Source: Candidatus Eiseniibacteriota bacterium
Lineage (GTDB): Bacteria > Eisenbacteria > RBG-16-71-46
Length of the DNA: 64,000 nucleotides
Direction: 5' to 3'
Assembly: GCA_963776245.1 (NCBI GenBank)
Contig: CAVZLN010000008.1
Location: 320,001-384,000, forward strand
Shown here: one piece after another, positions 31,637 to 41,121 of the stretch
Position numbering within the stretch: the first letter of the stretch is position 1
How the letters are laid out: each line of letters begins with the position of its first letter
Notes under the pieces: generated by a model
Databases searched by the model: none
Seen by the model: only the letters and a program-made list of their open reading frames with translations
Told to the model about the DNA's origin: nothing
Position numbers and translations under genes: made by a program

Positions 31637-31837
31637 GTGGCTATCGGAACCGTGAAGTGGTTCAACGAGGCGAAGGGTTTCGGCTTCATCTCCCAGGCGG
31701 ACGGCGAGGACGTGTTCGTGCACTTCTCGACCATCCAGGGTGATGGCTTCAAGACCCTCGCAGAGGGCGAGAAGGTGGAGTTCGACGTGACCCGCGGGCC
31801 GAAGGGCCTGCAGGCGGCGAACGTCCGCAAGGCGTAG
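31637..31837 (+). CDS. cspA: Cold-shock protein (CspA family), copy 1
   Basis: GTVKWFN, KGFGFI (RNP1), DVFVHF (RNP2); AAGGAG SD. Confidence 0.97.
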   Translation: MAIGTVKWFNEAKGFGFISQADGEDVFVHFSTIQGDGFKTLAEGEKVEFDVTRGPKGLQAANVRKA

Positions 31838-31864
31838 GCCCGCCTCGGGTACCGCCTCACCATC

Positions 31865-31904
31865 GCGGGGGCGGCAGGCGCAAGGCCTGCCGCCCTTCGC
31901 GTTT
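31865..31904 (+). terminator. Stem-loop after csp copy 1
   Basis: GGGCGGCAGGC/GCCTGCCGCCC followed by TTCGCGTTT. Confidence 0.65.
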
Positions 31905-31962
31905 CCCACACCGCACCCCCGTGCGGCTTGTCAGGGCGCTGACCGGGCCGGGAAGAACCGGC

Positions 31963-31991
31963 TTGATTTTCGCGGCCACACCGCCGATATT
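31963..31991 (+). promoter_or_regulatory. Putative sigma70 promoter of csp copy 2
   Basis: TTGATT-N17-GATATT. Confidence 0.65.
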
Positions 31992-31995
31992 CCCC

Positions 31996-32186
31996 TCGTC
32001 TTCCGGTTGCTGTGGATGTGCTGCGAAGCGCCTTCGAACGCCGCCAGGTCGACCTGGCGGTTTTCTTGTTAGGTCTCGCAGTCCTTCCCGGACGGGGACA
32101 TCCGGTCAAGGTGACCGGTCCGCAGCCGTCGCGTATGGGCGGCACATCACGGGACCTGCGGGTCCTGGCAATCCAAGGAGTATGCA
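31996..32186 (+). ncRNA. Candidate structured 5' leader RNA of csp copy 2
   Basis: GTGCT-GCGA-AGCGC; CCGCCAGG/CCTGGCGG plus TTTTCTTGTT; CCGGTCA/TGACCGG; GCCGTC/GGCGGC; CGGGACC/GGTCCTG. Confidence 0.65.
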
Positions 32187-32387
32187 GTGGCGATCGGAAC
32201 CGTGAAGTGGTTCAACGAGGCGAAGGGTTTCGGCTTCATCTCCCAGGCGGACGGCGAGGACGTGTTCGTGCATTTCTCGACCATCCAGGGTGACGGCTTC
32301 AAGACCCTCGCAGAGGGCGAGAAGGTGGAGTTCGACGTGACCCGCGGGCCGAAGGGCCTGCAGGCGGCGAACGTCCGCAAGGCGTAG
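32187..32387 (+). CDS. cspA: Cold-shock protein (CspA family), copy 2, identical protein
   Basis: 66-aa translation identical to 31637-31837. Confidence 0.97.
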   Translation: MAIGTVKWFNEAKGFGFISQADGEDVFVHFSTIQGDGFKTLAEGEKVEFDVTRGPKGLQAANVRKA

Positions 32388-32413
32388 GCCCGCCTCGGGT
32401 ACCGCCTCACATC

Positions 32414-32450
32414 GCGAGGGCGGCAGGCAACCTGGCCTGCCGCCTTTCGC
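32414..32450 (+). terminator. Stem-loop after csp copy 2 (no U-tract; may allow read-through)
   Basis: GGCGGCAGGC/GCCTGCCGCC. Confidence 0.5.
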
Positions 32451-32553
32451 ACATCGAGCGCGCGAACATCGCGCCTCCGCATCATCCGCCGCCGGGCCCG
32501 CGCGATCGCGCGCCTTCCCCGCGGCCCTACCCATCGCAGCACCAGGAGACCTC

Positions 32554-33956
32554 ATGCCGTTCTCGTCCCTCGGGCTCCCCGCGTCCATCGTCAAGGGCGT
32601 GCGCGCCGCTGGCTACACGCGAGCCCATGCCCATCCAGAAACGCGCCATCCCCCTCATCCTCGAAGGCCGCGACGTCGTCGGCGCCGCCCAGACCGGCAC
32701 CGGCAAGACCGCCGCGTTCGTGCTCCCGATCCTCGCCCGGCTGCTCGAGGGCCCGCGCCGGCTGCGCGCGCTGGTGCTCTCGCCCACGCGCGAGCTCGCC
32801 GCCCAGGTCGAGACCAACGCCCGCGACTACGCGCGCTTCACCGACCTGCGCGTCGGCGTGGTGTTCGGCGGCGTGCCCGATCGGCCCGCAGGAGCGCATG
32901 CTCCGCAACAGGGCGTGGAGCTGCTGGTCGCCACCCCGGGCCGCCTGCTCGACCTGCACGGCCGCCAGAGCGTCGCGCTCGACGAGGTCGAGATCCTGGT
33001 GCTCGACGAGGCCGACCGCATGGTGGACATGGGCTTCGCGCCCGACCTCGGCCGCATCCTGCGGCTGCTGCCCGAGAAGCGCCAGACGCTGATGTTCAGC
33101 GCCACCATGCCGCCCGACCTCAACAAGGTGGCGAGCCAGGCGCTGGTGGATCCGGTGCGCATCGATCTGGCGCCGCCGAGCCGGCCCGCTGCGGGCATCA
33201 CGCAGGCGGTCTACCCGGTGCCGCGCCATCTCAAGACCGACCTGCTCGACGATCCTGCTGTCCAAGGACGAGGTCGGCAGCGTGATCGTGTTCGCGCGCA
33301 CCAAGCACGGCGCCGACCGGCTGGCGCGCCAGCTCCAGCGGCGCGGGCACATCGGTGGCGGCGCTGCACGGCGACCGCACCCAGAGCCAGCGCGAGCGCG
33401 CGCTCTCCGACCTGCGGCGCGGCCGCGTGCAGGTGCTGGTGGCGACCGACATCGCGTCGCGCGGCCTCGACGTCGAGGGCATCTCGCACGTCATCAACTT
33501 CGACGTGCCGCGCGGCGCCCGAGGACTACGTGCACCGCATCGGCCGCACCGGGCGCGTGGACGCGGTGGGCGACGCGTTCACGCTCATGGGCCCCGAGGA
33601 GCAGAAGGACCTGGTGGCCATCGAGCGCTTCCTCGGCAAGAGCCATCCCGCGCGTGCTGCTGCCCGACTTCGACTACAAGCGCCGCGCCGAGCCCCAGCC
33701 CGACCGCGAGCATGAGCCGGCGCGCGTCCGCCGCACGCCGGCGCCGCGCCCGCAGGTGCGCCGCGTCGAGATCATGCGCCCGCCGGGGACCCGGCCGGCC
33801 CACACCCCCGGCGGGCCCTCACTGGCGCCGGCCGCGCCGCGCGCGGAGTCGCCGCGGGCCGCCGCTCCCGGACAGCCGCGGAGCGGCGCCATGGACGACG
33901 TGCACGGGCGCCGCAAGCGCATGGTGCCCCCGGGCAAGGACCGCCGCCGCCGGTGA
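32554..33956 (+). CDS. DEAD-box RNA helicase (RhlE-like; several frameshifts)
   Basis: [50 protein letters not shown]; basic C-terminal tail. Confidence 0.93.
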
Positions 33957-33995
33957 GCCCTGGCGCGCCGCGCGTCGGTCGCGCGCGGCGCGCGC

Positions 33996-34415
33996 TCACA
34001 GGTCGAGCACCACGCGGCAGCGGCAGTCGGGCGGCGCGAGCGCGAGTTCGAGCGCGTGGTGGGACACCGCCTTGATCTCGCGCAGGAACACCTGGCGCGC
34101 CGGATCGCGCGGCACGCCTTCGAGCACGGCTTCGAGCGCGCATGCTCCCATCCGCTCGATCCGGCAGGCGGTCCAGGTCGCGCCGCGCAGTTCGGCCTCG
34201 AGCAGCGCGGTGTTGAGCCAGTGCACCAGCAGGTCGGCAGCGTCGTGGCCCTCCACCGACACGCGCGCGGACACACTCGCCGGGCCACCGGGCGGCTCGA
34301 TCACCTGAGCGAGCACCGCCAGCGCCGCGAGCGCATGCAGCCGCTCGGGGGTCTCCGCCCACACCTCGAGCCCGAGGTCCGCGGTGTGATCGAACGTGCG
34401 CCAGCCTTCGCTCAT
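33996..34415 (-). CDS. Archease
   Basis: [17 protein letters not shown]-terminal VVLDL. Confidence 0.9.
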   Translation of the reverse strand: MSEGWRTFDHTADLGLEVWAETPERLHALAALAVLAQVIEPPGGPASVSARVSVEGHDAADLLVHWLNTALLEAELRGATWTACRIERMGACALEAVLEGVPRDPARQVFLREIKAVSHHALELALAPPDCRCRVVLDL

Positions 34416-34446
34416 GGGCCGGAGGATAGCCGAGCGCGGCGGCGCG

Positions 34447-35136
34447 CTACAGCATCTCGCGGCTGCGCAGGCTCACCACGCCGCGCGCCGCGACGATGAC
34501 GTGGTCGAGCACCCCGATCCCCACCATCTCGCCCACCTGCACCAGGCGCTTGGTGATGCTCAGGTCCTCTTCGCTGGGCTCGGGATCGCCGCTGGGATGG
34601 TTGTGCACCAGGATCACGCTCGCGGCCGAGTGCGTGATGGCGGGCAGGAACACCTCCCGCGGGTGCACGATCGAGGCGTTGAGGCTGCCCACGGAGACGG
34701 TCTCGCGCGCCTGCATCTCGTGGCGCGCGTTGAGCAGGAGCACGACGAAATGCTCCTTGCGCGCGCGCGCCAGATCGCGCACCTGCGCCAGCACGTCGTC
34801 CGGTCCGCGGATGGCGGGGCTGGTCAGCGGCCGCTCGGTGGCGCGGCGGCCGAGCTCGAACGCCGCCGCGAGCGCCGCCGCGCGCGCCGGGCCGATGCCC
34901 GGCACCAGCATCCAGCGCGCGCTCGACCAGGTGGCCAGTTCGGCCGGCGCGCGCCGTGCCAGCGCGCGCCCGATGCGCGAAGCGCTGCGACCGGGAGTGC
35001 CCGAACCGAGCACCAGCGCGAGCAGGTCGGCGTCGGCCAGCGTGGCGGGCCCGTGGGCGCGCAGACGCTCGCGGGCGCGCGGGGGCGGGGTGGGCAGGGC
35101 GGTGGCGGGCGTTTCGCGTGGGATCTCGGGTCGCAT
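34447..35136 (-). CDS. radC: RadC/JAB-domain protein
   Basis: RERLRAHGP..LADADLLALVLGSG, PGIGPARA, VHPREVF, VHNHPSGDPEPS..D, LDHVI. Confidence 0.93.
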   Translation of the reverse strand: MRPEIPRETPATALPTPPPRARERLRAHGPATLADADLLALVLGSGTPGRSASRIGRALARRAPAELATWSSARWMLVPGIGPARAAALAAAFELGRRATERPLTSPAIRGPDDVLAQVRDLARARKEHFVVLLLNARHEMQARETVSVGSLNASIVHPREVFLPAITHSAASVILVHNHPSGDPEPSEEDLSITKRLVQVGEMVGIGVLDHVIVAARGVVSLRSREML

Positions 35137-35303
35137 CGATGGCTCGCGGGGGCGAGACGAGGGGGCGGGACGGCGGCCGGCATGGCGCGGGCGACCGGGG
35201 TGGCGCGGGGTGACGCGTTGAGAGGGCAGGCGGTCTCTGCGATAATCCCTCCTCGGTTCCCATCCGACCCCGCCGCGCGACACGATCTCCACGAGAGGAC
35301 TGC

Positions 35304-36227
35304 ATGCGACGTGCCATCCAGGGTATCGCCGGGGCGCTGCTCGCGCTCGCCCTGCTCCCGGCGGCGGCGCTTCCCCAGGGCGTCCAGTTGAAGACCGTCA
35401 ACGCGATCGGGCTGCTCGACTACGGGCGCCCCCCGACCTTCAAGACCGGCCAGTGGGTCAAGTACCGCATGATCGGCCAGAGCGCGAACGGCACCGTCGA
35501 TGACTACTTCGTGACCATCGCCATCGTCGGGGAGGAGCGCTTCTGGGGCGAGGAGTGCTTCTGGATCCAGACCGTCACCGAGCGTGCGAAGGGCTCCCCC
35601 GCGGTGGTGGCGACCCTGATGTCCTACGACATCTTCAAGGACCCGGAGGCGCAGAAGAACCTGCAGTCCTACCAGCGGAAGATGATCGTGGGCCTCGACG
35701 AGGAGGGCCGCCCCGACGTCCAGATCATGAAGCGCCCCCGGGAGAGCCTGCTCCAGCGCGACAGCAAGAAGATCGCGTCGCACGTCTACTTCGACACCCT
35801 GGGCACCGACACAGTGCAGGTGCCGGCCGGCACGTTCGACGTGATCAAGATCCGCATCCGCCAGGGTTCGTCGACCTCTTCGGACACCCCCGACAGCACG
35901 CAGTACACCGAGATGCGCGAGACCCGGGTCGCGTACATGGCGGGGAAGGTCCCGGTCAGCGGACTGGCGCGGGAGGACGTGGACTACCTCCTCCAGCGCA
36001 AGACCTGGCTCATCGGCAAGTCGGGGACGGGCGACATGCTCACGCTCGAGCATGCGACCGGGCGCGCGAACCTGATCGCCTCGGGAACCGGCTACAAGAC
36101 CGACCTGCTGCCTCCCGAGTGGCAGCACGACCTCGACGCGGTCACCCTGCCGCCGGCCGCGTCCGCCCCGGCCCCGAGGCTCTCGCCGGTCAAACGCGCC
36201 GCCCGGCCCCGACCACCCAGACGCTGA
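35304..36227 (+). CDS. Secreted hypothetical beta-rich protein
   Basis: GAGAGGA SD; signal peptide; natural residue composition; TVQVPAGTFD motif. Confidence 0.8.
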   Translation: MRRAIQGIAGALLALALLPAAALPQGVQLKTVNAIGLLDYGRPPTFKTGQWVKYRMIGQSANGTVDDYFVTIAIVGEERFWGEECFWIQTVTERAKGSPAVVATLMSYDIFKDPEAQKNLQSYQRKMIVGLDEEGRPDVQIMKRPRESLLQRDSKKIASHVYFDTLGTDTVQVPAGTFDVIKIRIRQGSSTSSDTPDSTQYTEMRETRVAYMAGKVPVSGLAREDVDYLLQRKTWLIGKSGTGDMLTLEHATGRANLIASGTGYKTDLLPPEWQHDLDAVTLPPAASAPAPRLSPVKRAARPRPPRR

Positions 36228-36246
36228 GGGGTTCGCCGCTGACGCG

Positions 36247-36280
36247 GTGAGGGCGCCCCGCCCCGGCGGGACGCCCTCAC
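36247..36280. terminator. Stem-loop between convergent genes
   Basis: GTGAGGGCG...CGCCCTCAC inverted repeat. Confidence 0.6.
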
Positions 36281-36306
36281 GCGTGTCTCCGGGCTGCCGG
36301 GCGGGC

Positions 36307-37206
36307 CTACGCGAACAGCCCGCGCGCGAACGCCTCGGGGTCGAACGGCTCCCAGTCCTCGATCCCCTCGCCCAGCCCGACCACGCTGATGGGCAGGCCC
36401 AGCTGGTCGGCGATGGCGAGCACCGCGCCGCCGCGTGCGGTGCCGTCGAGCTTGGTGAGCGCCACGCTGGTGACCGCGACCGCGCGCTGGAACTCGCGGG
36501 CCTGGGCCAGGCCGTTCTGCCCCAGCGTGGCGTCCAGCACCAGCAGCACGTGGTGCGGCGCCCCCGGCACGACGCGCTCGCACACGCGCTTCATCTTCTC
36601 GAGCTCGGCCATCAGGTTGTGGCGCGTGTGAAGGCGGCCCGCGGTGTCCACCAGCACCGCCGCGGTGCCGCGCCGCAGCGCGGCGGCGAGCCCGTCGTGC
36701 ACCACCGCGGCCGGATCGGAGCCATCGCGCGCGCGGACCAGTTCCACCCCGGCACGCTGCGCCCACACCGCGAGCTGATCGACGGCCGCGGCGCGGAACG
36801 TGTCGGCGGCGACCAGCAGGGTCGGGCTCCCGTCGCGCGTGAAGCGCGCCGCGAGCTTGCCCGCCAGCGTGGTCTTCCCGACGCCGTTCACGCCCACCAG
36901 CAGCGCGACCCACGGACGCTCGGGGCCGGGACTGAAGTGCGCGCGGGTGGCGCCCACCATCGCGGCCGCCGCGCGCTCGAGGGCGTGGCGCAGGTCGAGC
37001 GCCGCGTCCGCGCGCATCAGGACCTCGGCGTGCTCGAGCAGGCGCTCGGCGGTCCGCGGCCCGGCGTCGGCAGCCAGCAGCGCCTCCTCGAGCGCGGCGC
37101 GCGTGGCGGGATCCACGCTGCGGCGGCCGAGCAGCTCGCCGACGCTCGATTCGAGGCCTTCGCGGGTGCGGCTGAGGCCCTGCCGGAGGCGGTCCCAGAG
37201 GCTCAT
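36307..37206 (-). CDS. ftsY: SRP receptor FtsY
   Basis: GVNGVGKTT, DTFRAAA, DTAGR, DATLGQN, TKLDGTARGG. Confidence 0.96.
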   Translation of the reverse strand: MSLWDRLRQGLSRTREGLESSVGELLGRRSVDPATRAALEEALLAADAGPRTAERLLEHAEVLMRADAALDLRHALERAAAAMVGATRAHFSPGPERPWVALLVGVNGVGKTTLAGKLAARFTRDGSPTLLVAADTFRAAAVDQLAVWAQRAGVELVRARDGSDPAAVVHDGLAAALRRGTAAVLVDTAGRLHTRHNLMAELEKMKRVCERVVPGAPHHVLLVLDATLGQNGLAQAREFQRAVAVTSVALTKLDGTARGGAVLAIADQLGLPISVVGLGEGIEDWEPFDPEAFARGLFA

Positions 37207-37273
37207 GGCGCCCACCGGCCGGGCGTGCCGCGTCCCCCGGCCCGCGCCGGCGCGCGCGGCGAGCGCGGGCCGC

Positions 37274-40200
37274 TCATCCCCGGTCGGCGGTGGCGACGAG
37301 CTCGCGGTGGCCGGGGCTCGACGCGTCCTGCCCGTCGAAGCGCACTGAGACCAGCTTGGAGACACCCAGCTCCTGCATGGTCACGCCGTAGAGGCAGCGG
37401 GCGGACTCCATCGTCTTCTTGTTGTGCGTGATGACCACGAACTGGGTCTTGTCGCTGAAGCGGTCGAGCATGCGCAGGAAGCGCTCCACGTTGGCATCGT
37501 CGAGCGGCGCGTCCACCTCGTCGAGCAGGCAGAACGGCGACGGCTTCACCAGGTAGATCGCGAACAGCAGCGCGATGGCGGTGAGCGCCCGCTCCCCGCC
37601 CGACATCAGGCTGATGCTCTGCAGGTGCTTGCCGCGCGGCTTGGCCGCGATCTCGATCTCGCACTCGAGCGGGTCCTCGCCCACCATGCGCAGCTCGCAA
37701 TCCCCGCCCTCGAAGAGGGTCTTGAAGATGTCGCGGAAGTGCCCCTGCACCTTCGAGAAGGTGTCGCGGAACAACTCGCTGGCGGTGACGTTGATCTTCT
37801 CGATCGCCTCGAGCAGCTGGGTCCGCGCGCTGGTGAGGTCGAGCCGCTGCTGCACCAGGAAGGTGTAGCGCTCCTTCTTCTTGGAGTATTCCTCGAGCGC
37901 CAGCAGATTCACCACGCCCAGTCCGCGGAAGCGCTCGCGCGACTCCGCGAGCCGCTTCGACGCCTCCTCGGGGTCCCAGCCCTCGGCGGGGGCCGCGGGC
38001 GTCCACTGCGCGGGGTCCATCTGGTACTCGGTGCGCAGGCGCTCGAACGTGAGCTCGAGCTCCTGGTGGGTCTGGATGCGGCTGAGCTCGAGCTGGTGGA
38101 GCAGCTCGGCCAGCTCCGTCTGCTCGAAGCGCCGCTGGCGCGTGAGGGTCTCGCCGGCGGCGACCTCCTCCTTGAGCGCGCCCATGCGCCGTTGCAGCTC
38201 GACCACGCGCTCGCGCTGGCTCGCCTCCGACTCGAGCAGGCCGGTGAGGCCCGCGGAGAGCCCCGTGACCTCGGCCTCGATGGACGCCACCTGCTGGCGC
38301 GCGTCGCGCTCGTCGGTGGCGCGCGACTCGAGCCCGGCTTCGAGCTCGCGCCGCGTCTGTTCGGCCCGCGCCCACTGCGCCTCGTGCTCGCCCGCGTCGC
38401 GCGAGAGCCGCAGCAGCCCTTCGCGCCCGGCGGCCGCATTCTGGGCGGCCTCCTCGCGCCGGGCCTCGAGCGCGCTGACGGCGCCATCGAGCTCGGCCAG
38501 CTCCGCGCGCGCCCGGCCGAGCTGGTTCTGGAACGCGGCCAGATCCTCCTCGGCCTGCCGGAGCGCGTGCGCCAGGGTCTCGAGCTCGGCCTCGATGCCC
38601 TCGATCTCGCGGCCGCGCTCGCCGGACTCGGTCTCGGCCCACTTCGCCTCGCGCCCGGCGGCGTCGATCTCGCGCGCCAGCTTCTCGATGGCATCGCGAC
38701 GCGCGTCCACCTCGGCCTGCGCGGCCGCGCGGCGACCGACCGCCTGCCCGCGCCGCGCCTCGATGCCGGCGCGCTCGCCCTCGAGGCCCTCGATGCCGAG
38801 CGACAGTTCGGCGACCTGCCCGCTCAGCTCGCGGATCTGCATCTCGCGGTGGAGCAGCCCCGAGAGGTTGCGCAGCGAGCCGGCGCGCACCCGGCCGCGC
38901 TCCCACACCTCGCCGTCGAGACTCACGAAGCGCAGCCCGCCCTCGGAGTGCGCGGCCAGCCGGGACGCGGTGGCGCGGTCCTCGACCACGATGACGCTCC
39001 CGAGCAGGCGGTCCACCAGCGCGCGGTGGCGGGAGTCGCAGCGCACCAGGTCGGACGCGCGCCCGAGCACTCCGGGCTCGGCCGGCGTCGGGTGCGGGGT
39101 GTGCGCGCCGATCGACGACACGTCGATGAGGGTGGCCCGTCCGCTCTCGAGGTGGCGCAGACGGCCGAGCGCGCCCTCGAGCGCCGCGTGACTCTCGACC
39201 AGCACGAACGCCGACGCCTCGCCCAGCGAGGCCTCGAGCGCGTCGAGGTACTTCTGCGGCACCTCGAGGACATCGGCGATCATGCCGATCACGCCCGCGG
39301 GCTTCTCGCCGCCCTCGAACAGCGCCTTCACGCCCTCGGACACGCCTTCGAAATTGCGCTTGAGATCGAGCAGCGTGGAGAGCCGCGATTCCGCGGCAGC
39401 CTGGTCTTCGCGGCGCCGCGCGAGCGCGGCCTCGGCCTCGCGCGCTTCGGCGGCGAGCGCCTCGAGCATGCGCTCGACCTCGCCGTGGGCCAGCACCGCC
39501 TGGTCGAGCGCGGCCTCGAGCTCCGCGCGCCGGCCTTCACCGGCGGCCAGCACGCGCCCCAGCTCGCCGAGCCGCGCGTCGATCTCGGCACGGCGCCCGC
39601 GGGCCACCTCGAGGCGCTCCGCGAGCGCGGTCTGGCGCTCGCGCACGCGCTCGCAGGTGCCGCGTTTGTCCGCCTCCGCCGAGAACAGCTCGAGCGAGAG
39701 CTGCTTGTGGTCGGCGGCGATCAGGCGGCGCTGGCGCAGCTCCGATTCGACCGCGCCCAGCGCCTGTTCCCCCGCCTCGGCGTCGGCCTGCGCGGTGCCG
39801 AGCGCGGCGCGCAGCTCGGCGAGGCGCGACTGCGAGTCCCGCTCGCGCGCGCTCACCTCGGTGAGGCGCTCGCGCATGCGCCCGCTCTCGGCCGCGTCCT
39901 CGTCGGCCCGCCGCAGCAGGCCGGCCGAGCGCTCGCGCAGCAGCACCACCTGGTGCTCGGCGCGCGTGCGCGCCTCCTCGCGGTCGTGCAGCCCGCCCTG
40001 CGCCGTGGTCAGCTCGCGCTCGACCTCGAGCAGGGCGAGCTTGCCGGTCGTTGAGCGCGGCCTCGAGCCGGTCCAGATCCGCGGCGACCCCCTCGCGGCG
40101 CACCGCCTCCTCCTGCCACTGCTCCTTGGACTCGGCCTCCTTGCGCTGCAGCTCCTGCACGCGGCCCGCGGTGAGCGCCAGGTCGAGGTCGCGGATCTCG

Positions 40201-40859
40201 TCGCGCAGGCGCTGGTACCGCCGCGCCTTGCCCACCTGGCGCGCCAGCGAGCGCAGTTCGCGCTCGATCTCGAACACGATGTCGTTGAGGCGCGTGAGGT
40301 CGGTCTCGGTGGCGTCGAGCTTGTTGAGCGCCTCCTTCTTGCGCGACTTGTACTTGGTGATCCCCGACGCCTCCTCGAACAGGAACCGGCGATGGCCGGA
40401 GTTGTCGGAGAGCACGTGGTCCACCATCGAGCGCTCGATCACCGAGTAGGCATGGCTGCCCATGCCGGTGTCGGAGAACAGGTCGCGGATGTCCTTGAGG
40501 CGGCACGGGGCCTTGTTGAGGAAGTACTCGCTCATCCCCGAGCGGAACACGCGGCGCGAGATCGTGACCTCGGAGAACTCCGTCGGCAGGATGCCGCGGT
40601 CGTTCTTGAACGTGAGGTGCACCTCGGCCAGATTGAGCGGCTTGCGCGACGGGCACCCGTTGAAGATCACGTCCTCCATCGAGTCGCCGCGCAATTGCTT
40701 CGCGCTCTGTTCGCCCATCACCCAGCGGATGGCGTCCGAGACGTTGGTCTTGCCGCAACCATTCGGACCGATGACCCCGGTGATGCCTTCCCCGAAGGAC
40801 AGCGAGGTCTTGTCGACGAACGACTTGAATCCCTGGAGTTCGAGCCGGTTCAGAAACAT
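37274..40859 (-). CDS. smc: Chromosome segregation protein SMC (frameshift near 40050)
   Basis: LQGFKSF, GPNGCGKTN, coiled coils and hinge, MSGGERAL, LLDEVDAPLD, ITHN. Confidence 0.96.
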
Positions 40860-41077
40860 CCGTGTCCCCTCTCGCGTGCTCCCCGCGGGGAGCCGGACCG
40901 CGGGTGCGACCGAGATCGCTCGTTGCCGAGACGTCGGTGTGGTGCGGGTTGCGCGTGCGCTGTCTCAGTGGCGGACCGGAGACCCCCGGCGGGGCCATTC
41001 CGCCGTCAAGATGCACAATCCCTGCGTCTTGACGGACCCCCGGGTCCGAGCGTCGGCCGTGCTGCCTGTGACCCGTG

Positions 41078-41106
41078 AAGTTAGCGGCCGCGCGCGCGGG
41101 GGTCAA
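41078..41106 (-). promoter_or_regulatory. Putative sigma70 promoter of smc-ftsY
   Basis: TTGACC-N17-TAACTT, about 220 nt upstream of the smc ATG. Confidence 0.6.
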
Positions 41107-41121
41107 TGACTGGTTGCGCCC

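Larger units (their letters stand above)
31436..32450 (+). repeat. Tandem direct repeat (550-bp offset) of a promoter-leader-csp-hairpin unit
   Basis: 31436-31900 versus 31986-32450; the CDSs differ at only 3 synonymous sites, the leaders at many more. Confidence 0.95.

Noticed and set aside
31983..31990. GCCGATAT upstream of csp copy 2 as a sigma28 promoter
   Set aside because: It is better explained as part of the sigma70-type TTGATT-N17-GATATT site, is not conserved in copy 1, and has no sigma28 -35 element.
27928..35136. Integrated mobile element at the comM or radC hotspots
   Set aside because: Both genes are full length, and no integrase, transposase or att-like direct repeats were seen.
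40860..41120. tRNA-Sec (selC) or SRP RNA between selA and smc/ftsY
   Set aside because: There is no TCA anticodon loop or TTCGA T-arm, and no SRP domain-IV motif (CAGG..GGAA..AGCAG).
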